A stretch of 64,000 nucleotides of DNA from Candidatus Latescibacterota bacterium (GTDB taxonomy: Bacteria; Latescibacterota; UBA2968; UBA8231). The position numbers and the translations under genes were made by a program. Of this stretch, positions 9,059 through 18,765 are shown one piece after another (within the stretch, counting starts at the first letter, position 1; every line of letters starts with the position of its first letter). Location: contig OZ241867.1 in NCBI GenBank assembly GCA_965203175.1, forward strand, positions 1,696,001 through 1,760,000. Reading direction: 5' to 3'. The notes beneath the pieces were generated by a model. It was not told where the DNA came from. It did no database searches and saw nothing but the letters and a program-made list of their open reading frames with translations.

Positions 9059-10696
9059 ATGGCCACATCATACCGCGACGCCCTAGAACACATCCGCCGC
9101 GCCTTCCCCCAACCGGTATCCGACCCCATTCACGATTCGTATTTCGTGCATTCCATCATGCGCGCCCTAGACCAAGTCGATGACCTGAAAATGCAGTTGC
9201 CGACGCTTGGCCCGGTAGTTTCTGGCGACTTTGCCGAAGCGCAAAACGCCGAGCTGCCCGCTGAGATGTCTTCGGTCGAGGCGGTTACCTCCGATCTTGT
9301 CAGCTATCTGCGCGGCATAACTATCTCCAGCCATCCTCACACCCAACAAAACGTCATCGCGCCCCCGACCATTCCCAGCCTCATCGGCGTCCTACTCGCC
9401 TCGTTGCACAACCCCAACATCGCTTGGGATGAATACAGCCGCCTCGTCGCCTTGGCCGAAGTCGAAGCAGTCGCCATCACCGCGCGGATGGTCGGCTACG
9501 ACCCACAACAAGCTGGCGGCACGTTTACCTTCGGCGGGACTGGCACCACGCTCTATGGGGTAAAGATCGGTCTGGAAAAAGCCTGCCCCCGGGCCATGGA
9601 CCTAGGCGTACCTAAAGATGTAGTGGTCCTCGTTTCCGACGCCGGACACTATTGCGCCCACAACATCGTCGGATGGCTCGGCATTGGCACCGACCAGTTG
9701 ATCGTCATTCCGACAATAGCCGACAACGAAATCGATCTCGCGCAGCTAGCGGATGCAGCGCGGGCGGCCTTGGACAGCGGCAAAAAGATTGCCGCCATTA
9801 TTGCGACTATGGGGACTACGGATGCGTTCGGCTTAGACGACTTGCAGGCGATTGTGACCCTGCGCGACTCGCTCGTCGATGAATTCCAACTCTCCTACCG
9901 CCCGCACATCCACGCCGACTCAGTCATTGGCTGGGCGTGGTCGGTGTTCAACGACTACGATTTTCAGGACAACCCTTTGGAGTTTCGGCCGCGGACCCTG
10001 CGCGCCCTCGCCGGAGCGTGCCGACGCATCCGCCATCTGGCGCTGGCCGATTCCATGGGCATTGACTTCCACAAGACCGGCTTTGCCCCGTACATCTCCA
10101 GCCTCGTCCTCGTCAAAGATCGCACGGATTTGCACCTACTGATACGCAGTCCGCAACAGATGCCGTACCTCTATCACTTTGGCGACCATCGCCCCGGCAT
10201 GTACACCCTCGAAACATCCAGAGCCGGGACCGGCCCGCTGACTGCGCTGGCTAATTTTCGCTTTTTCGGCGAGCAGGGATTGCGCGTCGTATTGGGGCAC
10301 ATCGTCGAGATGACCCAGCTTTTGCGCGAGCACCTTGAAGGACACGAAGCCATCACTGTGCTCAACCGCGACAACTTTGGCACCGTAACGCTCTTCCGGG
10401 TGTATCCACCCGACGTGGATACTTTTGCGATCAAGCGCCAAGAATTCGAAGACCCGGCCTATCGGGAAACGCTGCTAGCCCACAACGACTACAACCGCAA
10501 AATTTTCGACTACGTGCATGCGGAGGCCATGGCCGGACGCGGGGTCGTCATTTCCTCGACCGACTGCTACCGACACACCCAATACGAGGAACCGATTGTC
10601 GCGCTGAAATCCTTTATCGTGTCGCCGTTTGTGGATGAAAAGGATGTCGAAGTCGTAGTGGCAAAAGTCTTGGAAGCCAGAGAAAAGTTCGTCTAA
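9059..10696 (+). CDS. group II PLP-dependent decarboxylase (substrate unknown)
   Basis: TFGGT, GHY, TMGTT, HADS and the DFHK PLP-lysine motif. Confidence 0.88.
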   Translation: MATSYRDALEHIRRAFPQPVSDPIHDSYFVHSIMRALDQVDDLKMQLPTLGPVVSGDFAEAQNAELPAEMSSVEAVTSDLVSYLRGITISSHPHTQQNVIAPPTIPSLIGVLLASLHNPNIAWDEYSRLVALAEVEAVAITARMVGYDPQQAGGTFTFGGTGTTLYGVKIGLEKACPRAMDLGVPKDVVVLVSDAGHYCAHNIVGWLGIGTDQLIVIPTIADNEIDLAQLADAARAALDSGKKIAAIIATMGTTDAFGLDDLQAIVTLRDSLVDEFQLSYRPHIHADSVIGWAWSVFNDYDFQDNPLEFRPRTLRALAGACRRIRHLALADSMGIDFHKTGFAPYISSLVLVKDRTDLHLLIRSPQQMPYLYHFGDHRPGMYTLETSRAGTGPLTALANFRFFGEQGLRVVLGHIVEMTQLLREHLEGHEAITVLNRDNFGTVTLFRVYPPDVDTFAIKRQEFEDPAYRETLLAHNDYNRKIFDYVHAEAMAGRGVVISSTDCYRHTQYEEPIVALKSFIVSPFVDEKDVEVVVAKVLEAREKFV

Positions 10697-10701
10697 AGTC
10701 G

Positions 10702-12066
10702 CTAATTCTCTTGCGTCTTTACGGCGTCCCGGATTTCGCGGATGGTATCTTCCAATCTGTCTAGACGCTCGTTGGTGTCTTTTACGTCTTCTTGAATTTT
10801 CGTCACGATCCCGACCTGCTCTTCTAGCTCCTCGACCTTTAAGGATTCCTCATCGCTTACGAGGATGCTCGTCAGCGTCGCCGTAAAAACACCCACCAGC
10901 ACCATACCCGTAATCACCAGAAAAACGGTGAGGATTTTGCCCGAAGCCGTCTCGGGATTGTGGATGTCGGCATACCCGCCGGTGACCAGCGTCGTAAAGC
11001 TCCACCAGAGACTCGCCCCGAATCCCGAACCAGACTCCATGCGCTCCAAGCCCATGAAAATGAAGGCCCCAAACACGAGCGACAACAAGCCGTACAGCAG
11101 AGATCGCTTGAGGAGCCGCACGTCCAACGTGGTGCTCAAGTGATCCATGCCCCGCCAAAAAAACAGCGCGATGCGAAATAATCGCAGCGCCCGTAAAATT
11201 CGCACGGCCCTGAGCAGACGCCCCAAGCGAACGATACCTATGTCGCCGGACGCGGCGATGACCTGTACCGGGGGCAGTGGAATAGACGTTATGAAGTCTA
11301 TCCAGTTGTTTTTCCAATACCACTTTTTGGAAGCAGCAAGCCGGTGCTCAAAAAAGAAGTTGGCCATGAAAAGGGTGCAGCAGATCACGTCTATGATCCA
11401 GAATATCCACAACGTGCCAACGGAAAAATGAGGTTCTATTTCCACAACGGGATTTTCGTAGTGCTCCCCGAGGTGGATGACGTCCGCTTGTGTTAGTTTG
11501 CCCTCAACTACCTGTCCAGAAACAAGAGCACCAGATCCAACCGCATCCACTATGTGAATGTTCACCCGCTCATACCCCTGTCCCCCGTTCAAAACGTTTA
11601 TTCGATGTATTCTGCCTTCTACTACTTCGGCTTTTGCAATGGCACCACTACCTGTAGCTCCTACGCCAAGGAAGTCGACGGCCAAAATTGCGATTAAAAA
11701 AAGTATGAGAAAAAAGATGATCAGGTCTTTGGCTCGCACCCGCGCGGCGCTGCCTAGTACTCTGGCCTGCTCATCCATCAGGTGTTTCTTTTGCCGCGCC
11801 TGCTCAATGATCCGGACCTTGTCCAGCAATTTCTCTTTTTCGTCGTTCAATCTGGCGATCTGCGCTTCAGCTTTATCCAAACTCAGTTCGTATTGGCCGT
11901 GCCGTTTGCTCAAACTGACCGTTTCGACCTTTTCGATCATTTCGTCGAGTTCTTTTTCTCCCTCGACTAGCTGACGGTCAATCCTATCGATCTCCTGCAC
12001 TACCACGTCTTTCATCTTGGTAATGCGTTCGAGTGAGCACGATTCGAGTCGTCTTGATAATGACAT
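10702..12066 (-). CDS. voltage-gated (6TM) cation/K+ channel-like protein with an N-terminal coiled coil and an extracellular beta-repeat insert
   Basis: S4 segment RLGRLLRAVRILRALRLFR, pore helix WWSFTTLVTGGYAD, C-terminal coiled coil; start ATG 12066. Confidence 0.85.
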   Translation of the reverse strand: MSLSRRLESCSLERITKMKDVVVQEIDRIDRQLVEGEKELDEMIEKVETVSLSKRHGQYELSLDKAEAQIARLNDEKEKLLDKVRIIEQARQKKHLMDEQARVLGSAARVRAKDLIIFFLILFLIAILAVDFLGVGATGSGAIAKAEVVEGRIHRINVLNGGQGYERVNIHIVDAVGSGALVSGQVVEGKLTQADVIHLGEHYENPVVEIEPHFSVGTLWIFWIIDVICCTLFMANFFFEHRLAASKKWYWKNNWIDFITSIPLPPVQVIAASGDIGIVRLGRLLRAVRILRALRLFRIALFFWRGMDHLSTTLDVRLLKRSLLYGLLSLVFGAFIFMGLERMESGSGFGASLWWSFTTLVTGGYADIHNPETASGKILTVFLVITGMVLVGVFTATLTSILVSDEESLKVEELEEQVGIVTKIQEDVKDTNERLDRLEDTIREIRDAVKTQEN

Positions 12067-12106
12067 GGTGCGTCGTCCTGTATAGTTTGCGGGTTGTCGA
12101 TCCCTT

Positions 12107-13780
12107 TTAGAATAGCCCCTTGATCTGCCCTGCTTCGTCGAGGTCAATCGACTCGGCTGAGGGTTTCTTCGGCAGGCCGGGCATGGTCATAATATCGCCC
12201 GTCAGCACCACCACAAAGCCAGCCCCAGCCGAGACCTTGACGTCGCGGATCGGCACGTCGAAGCCGCGCGGCCGTCCCTTGAGCCCGGGATCGGTAGAGA
12301 GCGAGTACTGGGTCTTGGCTATGCAGACAGGCAGGTTGCCGTAACCTTCGTCCTCCAGCCGCCTGAACTTACCCCGCAACATCTTGTCCCCCATGATGTC
12401 GTCGGCACCGTAGATCGCTTGGGCCACGGTGCGGACCTTGTCCCAAAGCCGCATGTCGTCGGGATAGAGCAGCCTGAAATCGCTCTGCGTGTTTTCGGCC
12501 ACCTGCACCACGGTGCGGGCGAGGTCTTCGGCCCCTGCACCGCCGAGGGCATGGTGATGCGCGGGGACGATCTCAACGCCGAGGTGCGCGCACTTGTCGC
12601 GGATGCACTGGATTTCGTCGTCGGTATCCGTGGCAAAGGCGTTGACCGCGACGACGACGGGCAAGCCGAAAAGGCGGATGTTTTCGATGTGCTTTTTGAG
12701 GTTTTCGACGCCCCTTTCAACCGCTCCGACATTGGGTTTGGCGATGCTTTTGAGCGCGGCACCACCGTGAAATTTGAGCGCGCGCACCGTGGCTACCAAC
12801 ACTACGAGGTCCGGGGCTAGACCACTCTGGCGGCACTTGATGTTGGCGAATTTCTCCGCACCCAAGTCCGCGCCAAAGCCAGCCTCGGTGATGGTATATT
12901 CAGACAGGCGCGTACTCAGGCGGGTGGCGGCGATGGAGTTGCAGCCGTGGGCGATATTGGCAAAAGGGCCGCCGTGGACTAACGCTGGGTTGCCCTCTAG
13001 GGTTTGCACCAAGTTGGGCTGGCAGGCGTCCTTGAGCAGCACCGCCATGGCTCCGTGGACTGCTAGATCCGCTGCGCGAACGGTCTCGCGGGAGCGGGTC
13101 TGGGCGACGACGATCCGGCCGAGCCGCTCTTTGAGCTCGGCCCGCGATTCGGACAGGCAGAGGATGGCCATGACCTCCGAGGCGACGGCAATGTCGAACC
13201 CCGATTGGCGCGGAAAGGAGTTAGCGGTCCCCCCTAGCCCAATGACGATATCGCGCAGTGCCCGGTCATTTATGTCGAGGACGCGGTTCCAGACGATGCG
13301 GCGGTGATCAATGCGGCGCACATTGCCGTGGTGGATGTAGTTGTCGAGGGCCGCGGCGAGTAGGTTGTGCGCGGCGGAGACCGCGTGGATGTCGCCAGTA
13401 AAGTGTAGGTTGATGTCCTCCATCGGTGCCACCTGAGCGTAGCCGCCGCCCGCGCCGCCGCCCTTCATACCGAAGCAAGGCCCTAGCGAAGGCTCGCGCA
13501 GACAGACGGTGGCGCGCTTGCCAATGCGGTTGAGCGCGTCGCCGAGGCCGATAGTGGTGGTGGTTTTGCCTTCGCCCGCCGGAGTCGGGTTGATGGCCGA
13601 GACGAGGATTAGCTTGCCGGTAGTAGGTGCGTCTTCGAGCTGCTGGCAGAACTCCTGCGAGATCTTGGCCTTGACGCGGCCGTAGTGTTCGAGGTGTTCG
13701 GAGCCGATCCCGAGCTGGGCGGCCACATCGTCGATGGGACGGAGTGAGGTCTGGCGGGCGATTTCGATATCGGGTAGCAA
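12107..13780 (-). CDS. fhs: formate--tetrahydrofolate ligase
   Basis: [51 protein letters not shown]. Confidence 0.97.
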   Translation of the reverse strand: MLPDIEIARQTSLRPIDDVAAQLGIGSEHLEHYGRVKAKISQEFCQQLEDAPTTGKLILVSAINPTPAGEGKTTTTIGLGDALNRIGKRATVCLREPSLGPCFGMKGGGAGGGYAQVAPMEDINLHFTGDIHAVSAAHNLLAAALDNYIHHGNVRRIDHRRIVWNRVLDINDRALRDIVIGLGGTANSFPRQSGFDIAVASEVMAILCLSESRAELKERLGRIVVAQTRSRETVRAADLAVHGAMAVLLKDACQPNLVQTLEGNPALVHGGPFANIAHGCNSIAATRLSTRLSEYTITEAGFGADLGAEKFANIKCRQSGLAPDLVVLVATVRALKFHGGAALKSIAKPNVGAVERGVENLKKHIENIRLFGLPVVVAVNAFATDTDDEIQCIRDKCAHLGVEIVPAHHHALGGAGAEDLARTVVQVAENTQSDFRLLYPDDMRLWDKVRTVAQAIYGADDIMGDKMLRGKFRRLEDEGYGNLPVCIAKTQYSLSTDPGLKGRPRGFDVPIRDVKVSAGAGFVVVLTGDIMTMPGLPKKPSAESIDLDEAGQIKGLF

Positions 13781-13807
13781 AGCAAACTCCTGATGGAATA
13801 AGTTGGC

Positions 13808-14626
13808 CTATACGCCACAAAACGCGGAAAAGCCGCCGTCGATGGGCACGATGGCACCAGTGACAAATGTGGCTGCGTCCGAAAAGAGCCACAGGGCCGC
13901 GCCGACGACTTCGTGCGGGTCGCCAAAGCGGGCCATGGGGACGTTTTTGAGAATGGTCTGGCCGCGATCGGTCAGCTCGCCGCTTGCTTCGTCGAGGAGC
14001 AGGAAGCGGTTTTGCGCGGTGATCATAAAGCCCGGGGCCACGGCATTGACGCGGATTTTGGACGCATAGGTCGTGGCCATGTGCACAGCCAGCCAGCGGG
14101 TGAAACTATCGGCCGCAGCCTTGCCGTTGGAATACGCCAAGGCCCGCGACAGCGGCAGCCCTCCGCCGATGGAGGTGATATTGACAACGGCTCCATCGCC
14201 TTTAGCAGCAAAGACGCGGCCCACAGCCTGCGAGGGCAGGACGGCACTCAGATAGTTGAGATCCATCACCATCCTGACCGCTTCTGGATCAATGTCAAAG
14301 AATTCGAGTTCTGGGGAAGTGGTGGTGTCCTTGTGGCTGCCACCGGCCCCGTTGAGCAGGAAGTCGATGGTGCCAAAGTGCCCAATGGTCTCCGCGAGCG
14401 CGGCCTCGACGCTGTCTTTGTTGACGACGTTGCACTCGACGGGGAGGACCTTGTCGGGGAAGTCTTGGTTGATCTCGTCGGCTTTGGCGCGGGCTGCCTC
14501 TGGAGAAATGTCCCAGATCGCCACTTCAGCACCCGCTCGGGCGAGGCCGCGGGCGATCTCGCCGCCAATGGCACCGCCGGCGCCGGTTGCCACGGCCTTT
14601 TTGCCGTGGAAGTCAAAAGTAGTCAA
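13808..14626 (-). CDS. SDR oxidoreductase (D-mannonate oxidoreductase-like)
   Basis: TGAGGAIG, NGAGG, YSNGK, IRVNAVAPG, VTG..IDGGFSA; TTG start after RBS GAAGGAGAGG. Confidence 0.88.
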   Translation of the reverse strand: MTTFDFHGKKAVATGAGGAIGGEIARGLARAGAEVAIWDISPEAARAKADEINQDFPDKVLPVECNVVNKDSVEAALAETIGHFGTIDFLLNGAGGSHKDTTTSPELEFFDIDPEAVRMVMDLNYLSAVLPSQAVGRVFAAKGDGAVVNITSIGGGLPLSRALAYSNGKAAADSFTRWLAVHMATTYASKIRVNAVAPGFMITAQNRFLLLDEASGELTDRGQTILKNVPMARFGDPHEVVGAALWLFSDAATFVTGAIVPIDGGFSAFCGV

Positions 14627-14720
14627 GGTGATGCCTCTCCTTCTGTTAAAAATCAATCGCTGAGCCGTAGGGCCGGGGGATCGTCAATGCGGGCAATGTC
14701 GAGGAAAGGGTGAGAGGTAC

Positions 14721-15551
14721 TCATCGTCGCCGCGCTGGAGAGCGGCCCTTGCTCAGCGACGGTGCCAACGCCTCGTAGCCGACCGCACAGGATTCGTCGA
14801 AATCCATGGTGACAAACGTCTCTATCGCCAGGGCTTCGGCAAAGCCGATGTCCCAGAGCCCCTGCACGATGCGCGGATAGTCGAGGCTTCCATGGCCGGG
14901 GATTTTGTGGTCCCAGTCGGGATAGGTGCCGATGTGGTCCTTGAGGTGGGCGTGTACAATGCGCCACTGCCACTGGTGGGCGACCGCGACCGGGTCCAAG
15001 CCGAGGAGCGTCAGATAGCAAGGGTCGAAATTGATGCCAAAGGACGCGCTACCGACTTCGTCGTGCAACTCCAAGAAGCGCTCGGGGGTGTCGGTGAGCC
15101 AACCGGCCCACACGCCATCGACTGCCAACTGCACGTTGCGAGGCTCTGCGTAGGCAAGCGCGTCTTGGAGATAGGCGACCACTCGCCGCCAAGCCTCGGC
15201 TCGCTGGGCGTCGTCATCTTTGGGACCGCCCATGTGGAAGACGACGAGCGGTGCGCCGACGTCCACGGCCAGATCAACCGATCCCTTGAGGTCGAGCGGT
15301 TCGTCGGTAAAGAGCGAGTTAGCGAGATTGGCGTGGGTGATGACGGCTTCGATGGTCAGATCCAGCCGGTCGGCAATGCTCCGCGTCTGCGCGCGCAACT
15401 CGGGCGTCACTGAGCGCGGGTCTGCCGACGGCCCGTGGGTCCCCGAGATGTCGATGCCGTCGTAACCAGTAGCGGCGATTTTTTCCAGTGCCGTCCCGAG
15501 CGGCATTTCAAGCCGGTCGGTGTAGCTATAGGTGTAAAAGGCAAGGCGCAT
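14721..15551 (-). CDS. sugar phosphate isomerase/epimerase (TIM barrel, xylose isomerase-like)
   Basis: GYDGIDI, INFDP, HAHLKD, PGHG, LAIE motifs. Confidence 0.85.
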   Translation of the reverse strand: MRLAFYTYSYTDRLEMPLGTALEKIAATGYDGIDISGTHGPSADPRSVTPELRAQTRSIADRLDLTIEAVITHANLANSLFTDEPLDLKGSVDLAVDVGAPLVVFHMGGPKDDDAQRAEAWRRVVAYLQDALAYAEPRNVQLAVDGVWAGWLTDTPERFLELHDEVGSASFGINFDPCYLTLLGLDPVAVAHQWQWRIVHAHLKDHIGTYPDWDHKIPGHGSLDYPRIVQGLWDIGFAEALAIETFVTMDFDESCAVGYEALAPSLSKGRSPARRR

Positions 15552-15679
15552 GGCTCAAATTAAGTTGCTGGATGCCGACGTGCATGGGAGGCTTCTTCCT
15601 TGGTAGGAGGAAGCAAAACACACATCTTATTCTATTTAATCGAACCCTTTTTTGCAATTTTACGCAGAGGAGATACGAC

Positions 15680-16762
15680 ATGGCACAACCGTTGGGTAAA
15701 GCCTACGAACAGATCGCGGCGACGCAGCCGCGCGGATCGTATCGCGGCGCAGTGGTCGGTTGCGGGCGGATGGGTAGCACTATTGACGACGAGCACATCG
15801 GGATGCCGCACTATCCGTGGCCGTGGGCACACGCCCCGGCGATGATCGAAGCGCGGGGCATTGAGTTGATCGGCGCGGCCGACGTGGACCGAGCCAAGTT
15901 GGACGACTTTGCCCAGCGCTGGGGAGTGGATGCCCTGTACGAAGACTACCGCGAGTTGGTCGCCCAAGAGCGGCCCGACGTAGTGGCGGTGACGACGCGG
16001 CCCGACGAGCGAGCCGAGGTGGTCATCGGCCTAGCCGAGGCCGGGGTGCGGGCGATTTTTGCCACTAAGCCGATGTGCCGCACCTTGGCCGAGACCGACG
16101 CCATGATCGCGGCGTGCAAGGCAAGCGGCACCATTCTGTCCATCGCCTGCCATCTCAATTGGTACAACTGGTACACCAATGCGCGGCAGGCCATAGCTGA
16201 CGGAGCGATTGGTCGGCTGCGCTCCATGGTCTGCCACTGCCCGCACAGCCTGTCGAATCTGCAAAGCCATACGCTGGCCTTGTTTCGGCTGTTTGCCGAA
16301 GCACCGGCCGAGTGGGTGATGGGCGAGATGGACGACGACGCGCAGGCTGCGGCCGACCGGGATTTATCCGGCTCGGGTTACATTGCCTACGCCAACGGAG
16401 TACGCGGCTTTTTGAACTCCCGCGCCGACCGCTCGGGGCATGCGTGGACCTTGGAGTTTATCGGCGAGCGCGGGATGATCGTCTCGCGCAACGCCCACGC
16501 GCAATTCGAGCTGTGGGGAGCGCATCCAGAGACCGGCGAGCCGATCCAGCGGCAGTTCCCCAACCCGTGGCACCCGCGTTCGTCCATGGTCGATGCAATT
16601 GAGGGGGTCTGTCGGGCGATTGAGGAGGGGGAAGAGCGGATTTGCCCAGGGGAATTTGGGCGCGAGGCGTTGGAGATTGCCATTGGTTTGCGCGAGTCGC
16701 ATCGGCAGGGCAATGGGCGGGTGGATTTGCCGCTGGCGAATCGGGCGTTGCGGATGGGCTAG
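15680..16762 (+). CDS. Gfo/Idh/MocA-family oxidoreductase
   Basis: VVGCGRMG, LYEDYRELV..ERPD, xKP motif; ATG 15680 after RBS AGGAG. Confidence 0.88.
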   Translation: MAQPLGKAYEQIAATQPRGSYRGAVVGCGRMGSTIDDEHIGMPHYPWPWAHAPAMIEARGIELIGAADVDRAKLDDFAQRWGVDALYEDYRELVAQERPDVVAVTTRPDERAEVVIGLAEAGVRAIFATKPMCRTLAETDAMIAACKASGTILSIACHLNWYNWYTNARQAIADGAIGRLRSMVCHCPHSLSNLQSHTLALFRLFAEAPAEWVMGEMDDDAQAAADRDLSGSGYIAYANGVRGFLNSRADRSGHAWTLEFIGERGMIVSRNAHAQFELWGAHPETGEPIQRQFPNPWHPRSSMVDAIEGVCRAIEEGEERICPGEFGREALEIAIGLRESHRQGNGRVDLPLANRALRMG

Positions 16763-16765
16763 TAG

Positions 16766-17523
16766 ACCAAGAAGATAGCAAGAAGGGAGCTTTCTCTGCT
16801 ACAGTTGGCGCAAGAAATGAACAACATAAGCAAAGCCTGCCGGCTGATGGGCTACTCGCGGCAACAGTTTTACGAGATCCGTCGCAACTACCAGACCTAT
16901 GGCGCGGAGGGCCTGATTGATCGGTTGCCAGGAGCCCGAGGGCCGCATCCGAACCGGGTTAGCCCCGAGGTGGAGCAGGCCATCTTGGCGCACTGCTTGG
17001 AATACCCCACCCAAGGCTGCCTGTGCGTTGCCCAAGAGTTGGCCTTGCAAGGCGTTCAGGTTAGCTCCGGCGGCGTGCGCGGCGTGTGGAGCCGGCATCA
17101 TCTGCTATCCAAGCACGAACGCCTGCTGCGTTTAGAGCAACACACCCAACAACGGCGCGTCAAACTGAGCGATCAGCAGATCCAACTCCTAGAGCGGTTC
17201 AGTCCCGAATTTAGGGATCGCCACATCCAGACCCACTATACCGGTGAGTTGCTTGGCGTCGACCCCTTTTACGTCGGCACCCTCAAAGGACGTGGTATGA
17301 ATCCGTTGACCAGATGCAGAAAGATTTAGATGCTTATCTGGTCAAATATAACCAGAAGCGCCCGCATCAGGGCCGTAACATGAACGGCATGACGCCCTTG
17401 CAGGCGTTCAAAAAAGGGATCACCACAAGACCCCAGAACAAGGAGGAAGCATTGGAGAAGAGCACAACCTGAGCAACATACACCCGAGCAGGGAACGTGT
17501 CAGGTAATTACCATCGCTGTACA
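16766..17523 (+). mobile_element. IS481-family remnant: 5'-truncated, transposase core deleted, right end intact
   Basis: N-terminal HTH part TKKIARRELSLLQLAQEMNNISKACRLMGYSRQQFYEIRR...GTLKG joins out of frame at about 17290 to the C-terminal part TWYESVDQMQKDLDAYL..YN..RPHQG. Ends in ...GTGTCAGGTAATTACCATCGCTGTACA, the ACA terminus typical of IS481. Confidence 0.88.
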
Positions 17524-17612
17524 AGCTGTAAGTAGTTTTATCACGGACGGTCCAGATGCTTTCCGTCTGGGCAGTCTAAAAACCATCATCAATACAAATA
17601 AAAAGGAATACG

Positions 17613-17864
17613 ATGGCCGAACTTAGATTTAACCCACAAGGCAAGAAGGCAAACGTACCCATCCGCCATACCATTGAAAGGTATATAGAAATTCATTTGG
17701 AGGACGGGACGATTTTGAATTTTAAACCAACAATTACTCGGGTTGATCGTTATGTAGATCAGTGGGATCATGAGGGTAATCCGATTTATATGATTCATAA
17801 TGGTCCGAATGTAGTTGGTGTTCAGCATGTTCCGGGAGACATGAAAAGAAAGAAGGATAAATAG
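17613..17864 (+). CDS. small hypothetical protein (83 aa) in an AT-rich patch
   Basis: RBS AAAGGA, protein-like composition, GC visibly lower than the flanks. Confidence 0.7.
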   Translation: MAELRFNPQGKKANVPIRHTIERYIEIHLEDGTILNFKPTITRVDRYVDQWDHEGNPIYMIHNGPNVVGVQHVPGDMKRKKDK

Positions 17865-18002
17865 ATCCCAATAGTATTACTTATAACAATCAATTCATCG
17901 ACGGTCGCATTCATTTCATTCCTCCTTTTAAGATGGGGTTTTGGACAACGTTTGCGGTCTTTCTACAAACATAAAGTCAGTAGGTATATAAATCCTAAAA
18001 CA

Positions 18003-18033
18003 AGGGCCGTCCAAGCAGATGTTGGACGGCCCT
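18003..18033 (-). terminator. intrinsic terminator
   Basis: AGGGCCGTCCAA-loop-TTGGACGGCCCT, followed by TGTTTT on the - strand, downstream of CDS 18060-18758. Confidence 0.75.
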
Positions 18034-18059
18034 ATGTCGAGGGTATTACTTACTTCTTT

Positions 18060-18758
18060 TTATTTTATCAACACCAGCCGCCGCACCCGTACCCCCTGTG
18101 CGCTGGCGAGCCGGTATAGATACACCCCGCTGGCCAGCACCGCCCCGCTGTCGCTGCGGCCACTCCAAGCAATCTGATAGCGCCCCGCCTCCTGCACGCC
18201 TTGGACCAAGGTGCGCACCCGCTGTCCCTGGACATTGTAAATGGCCAATTCCACCGGCCCGACCTCGGAGAGGGTATAGACAATTTGCGTTTCGGCGTTG
18301 AATGGGTTGGGATAGTTAGCGTATAGACTAAAGGCCACCGACTCGGCCGCCGAGCCGGTCACCGTCGCCGTGTTCTTCCCGTCGGGTGGCACCGAAAACG
18401 CAGCGGCGTTCCACGGCAGCCCACCGCTCTTGGTCGTTATGAGACGACACTCTGGTGCCGGTCCTTTGTAGAGCATCTGCTTGCCGGCGAGGTCGTAATA
18501 CCAAAAGGCGGACCCGCAGGGAAGCGCATTGATGATTTTTTTAAGCTTGATTATTAGCGGTCTTATCTGCTGTACTTCCTGAGCGGAGATCGCGCCGTCC
18601 GCTGACAACTCCTTGATCATTTCCACGAACTTGCGGGAAGTGTCCAGGAGGTGTTTCTGAAACTCCTTGTCCGCGCGGACCGGGAAGGCGGCCAGCACAG
18701 TCAGCAGCACCGCCATCGACATGAGGCGGATGCTCCCACAGCGGCTTACAGCGCCCAT
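18060..18758 (-). CDS. secreted protein with a C-terminal FlgD-Ig/T9SS-type sorting domain
   Basis: Signal peptide; C-terminus L.ANYPNPFN.ET.I.Y.L...V.L.IYN..GQ.VRTLV...W.GR...ASGVY.YRL. Confidence 0.82.
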   Translation of the reverse strand: MGAVSRCGSIRLMSMAVLLTVLAAFPVRADKEFQKHLLDTSRKFVEMIKELSADGAISAQEVQQIRPLIIKLKKIINALPCGSAFWYYDLAGKQMLYKGPAPECRLITTKSGGLPWNAAAFSVPPDGKNTATVTGSAAESVAFSLYANYPNPFNAETQIVYTLSEVGPVELAIYNVQGQRVRTLVQGVQEAGRYQIAWSGRSDSGAVLASGVYLYRLASAQGVRVRRLVLIK

Positions 18759-18765
18759 GGTCCCT

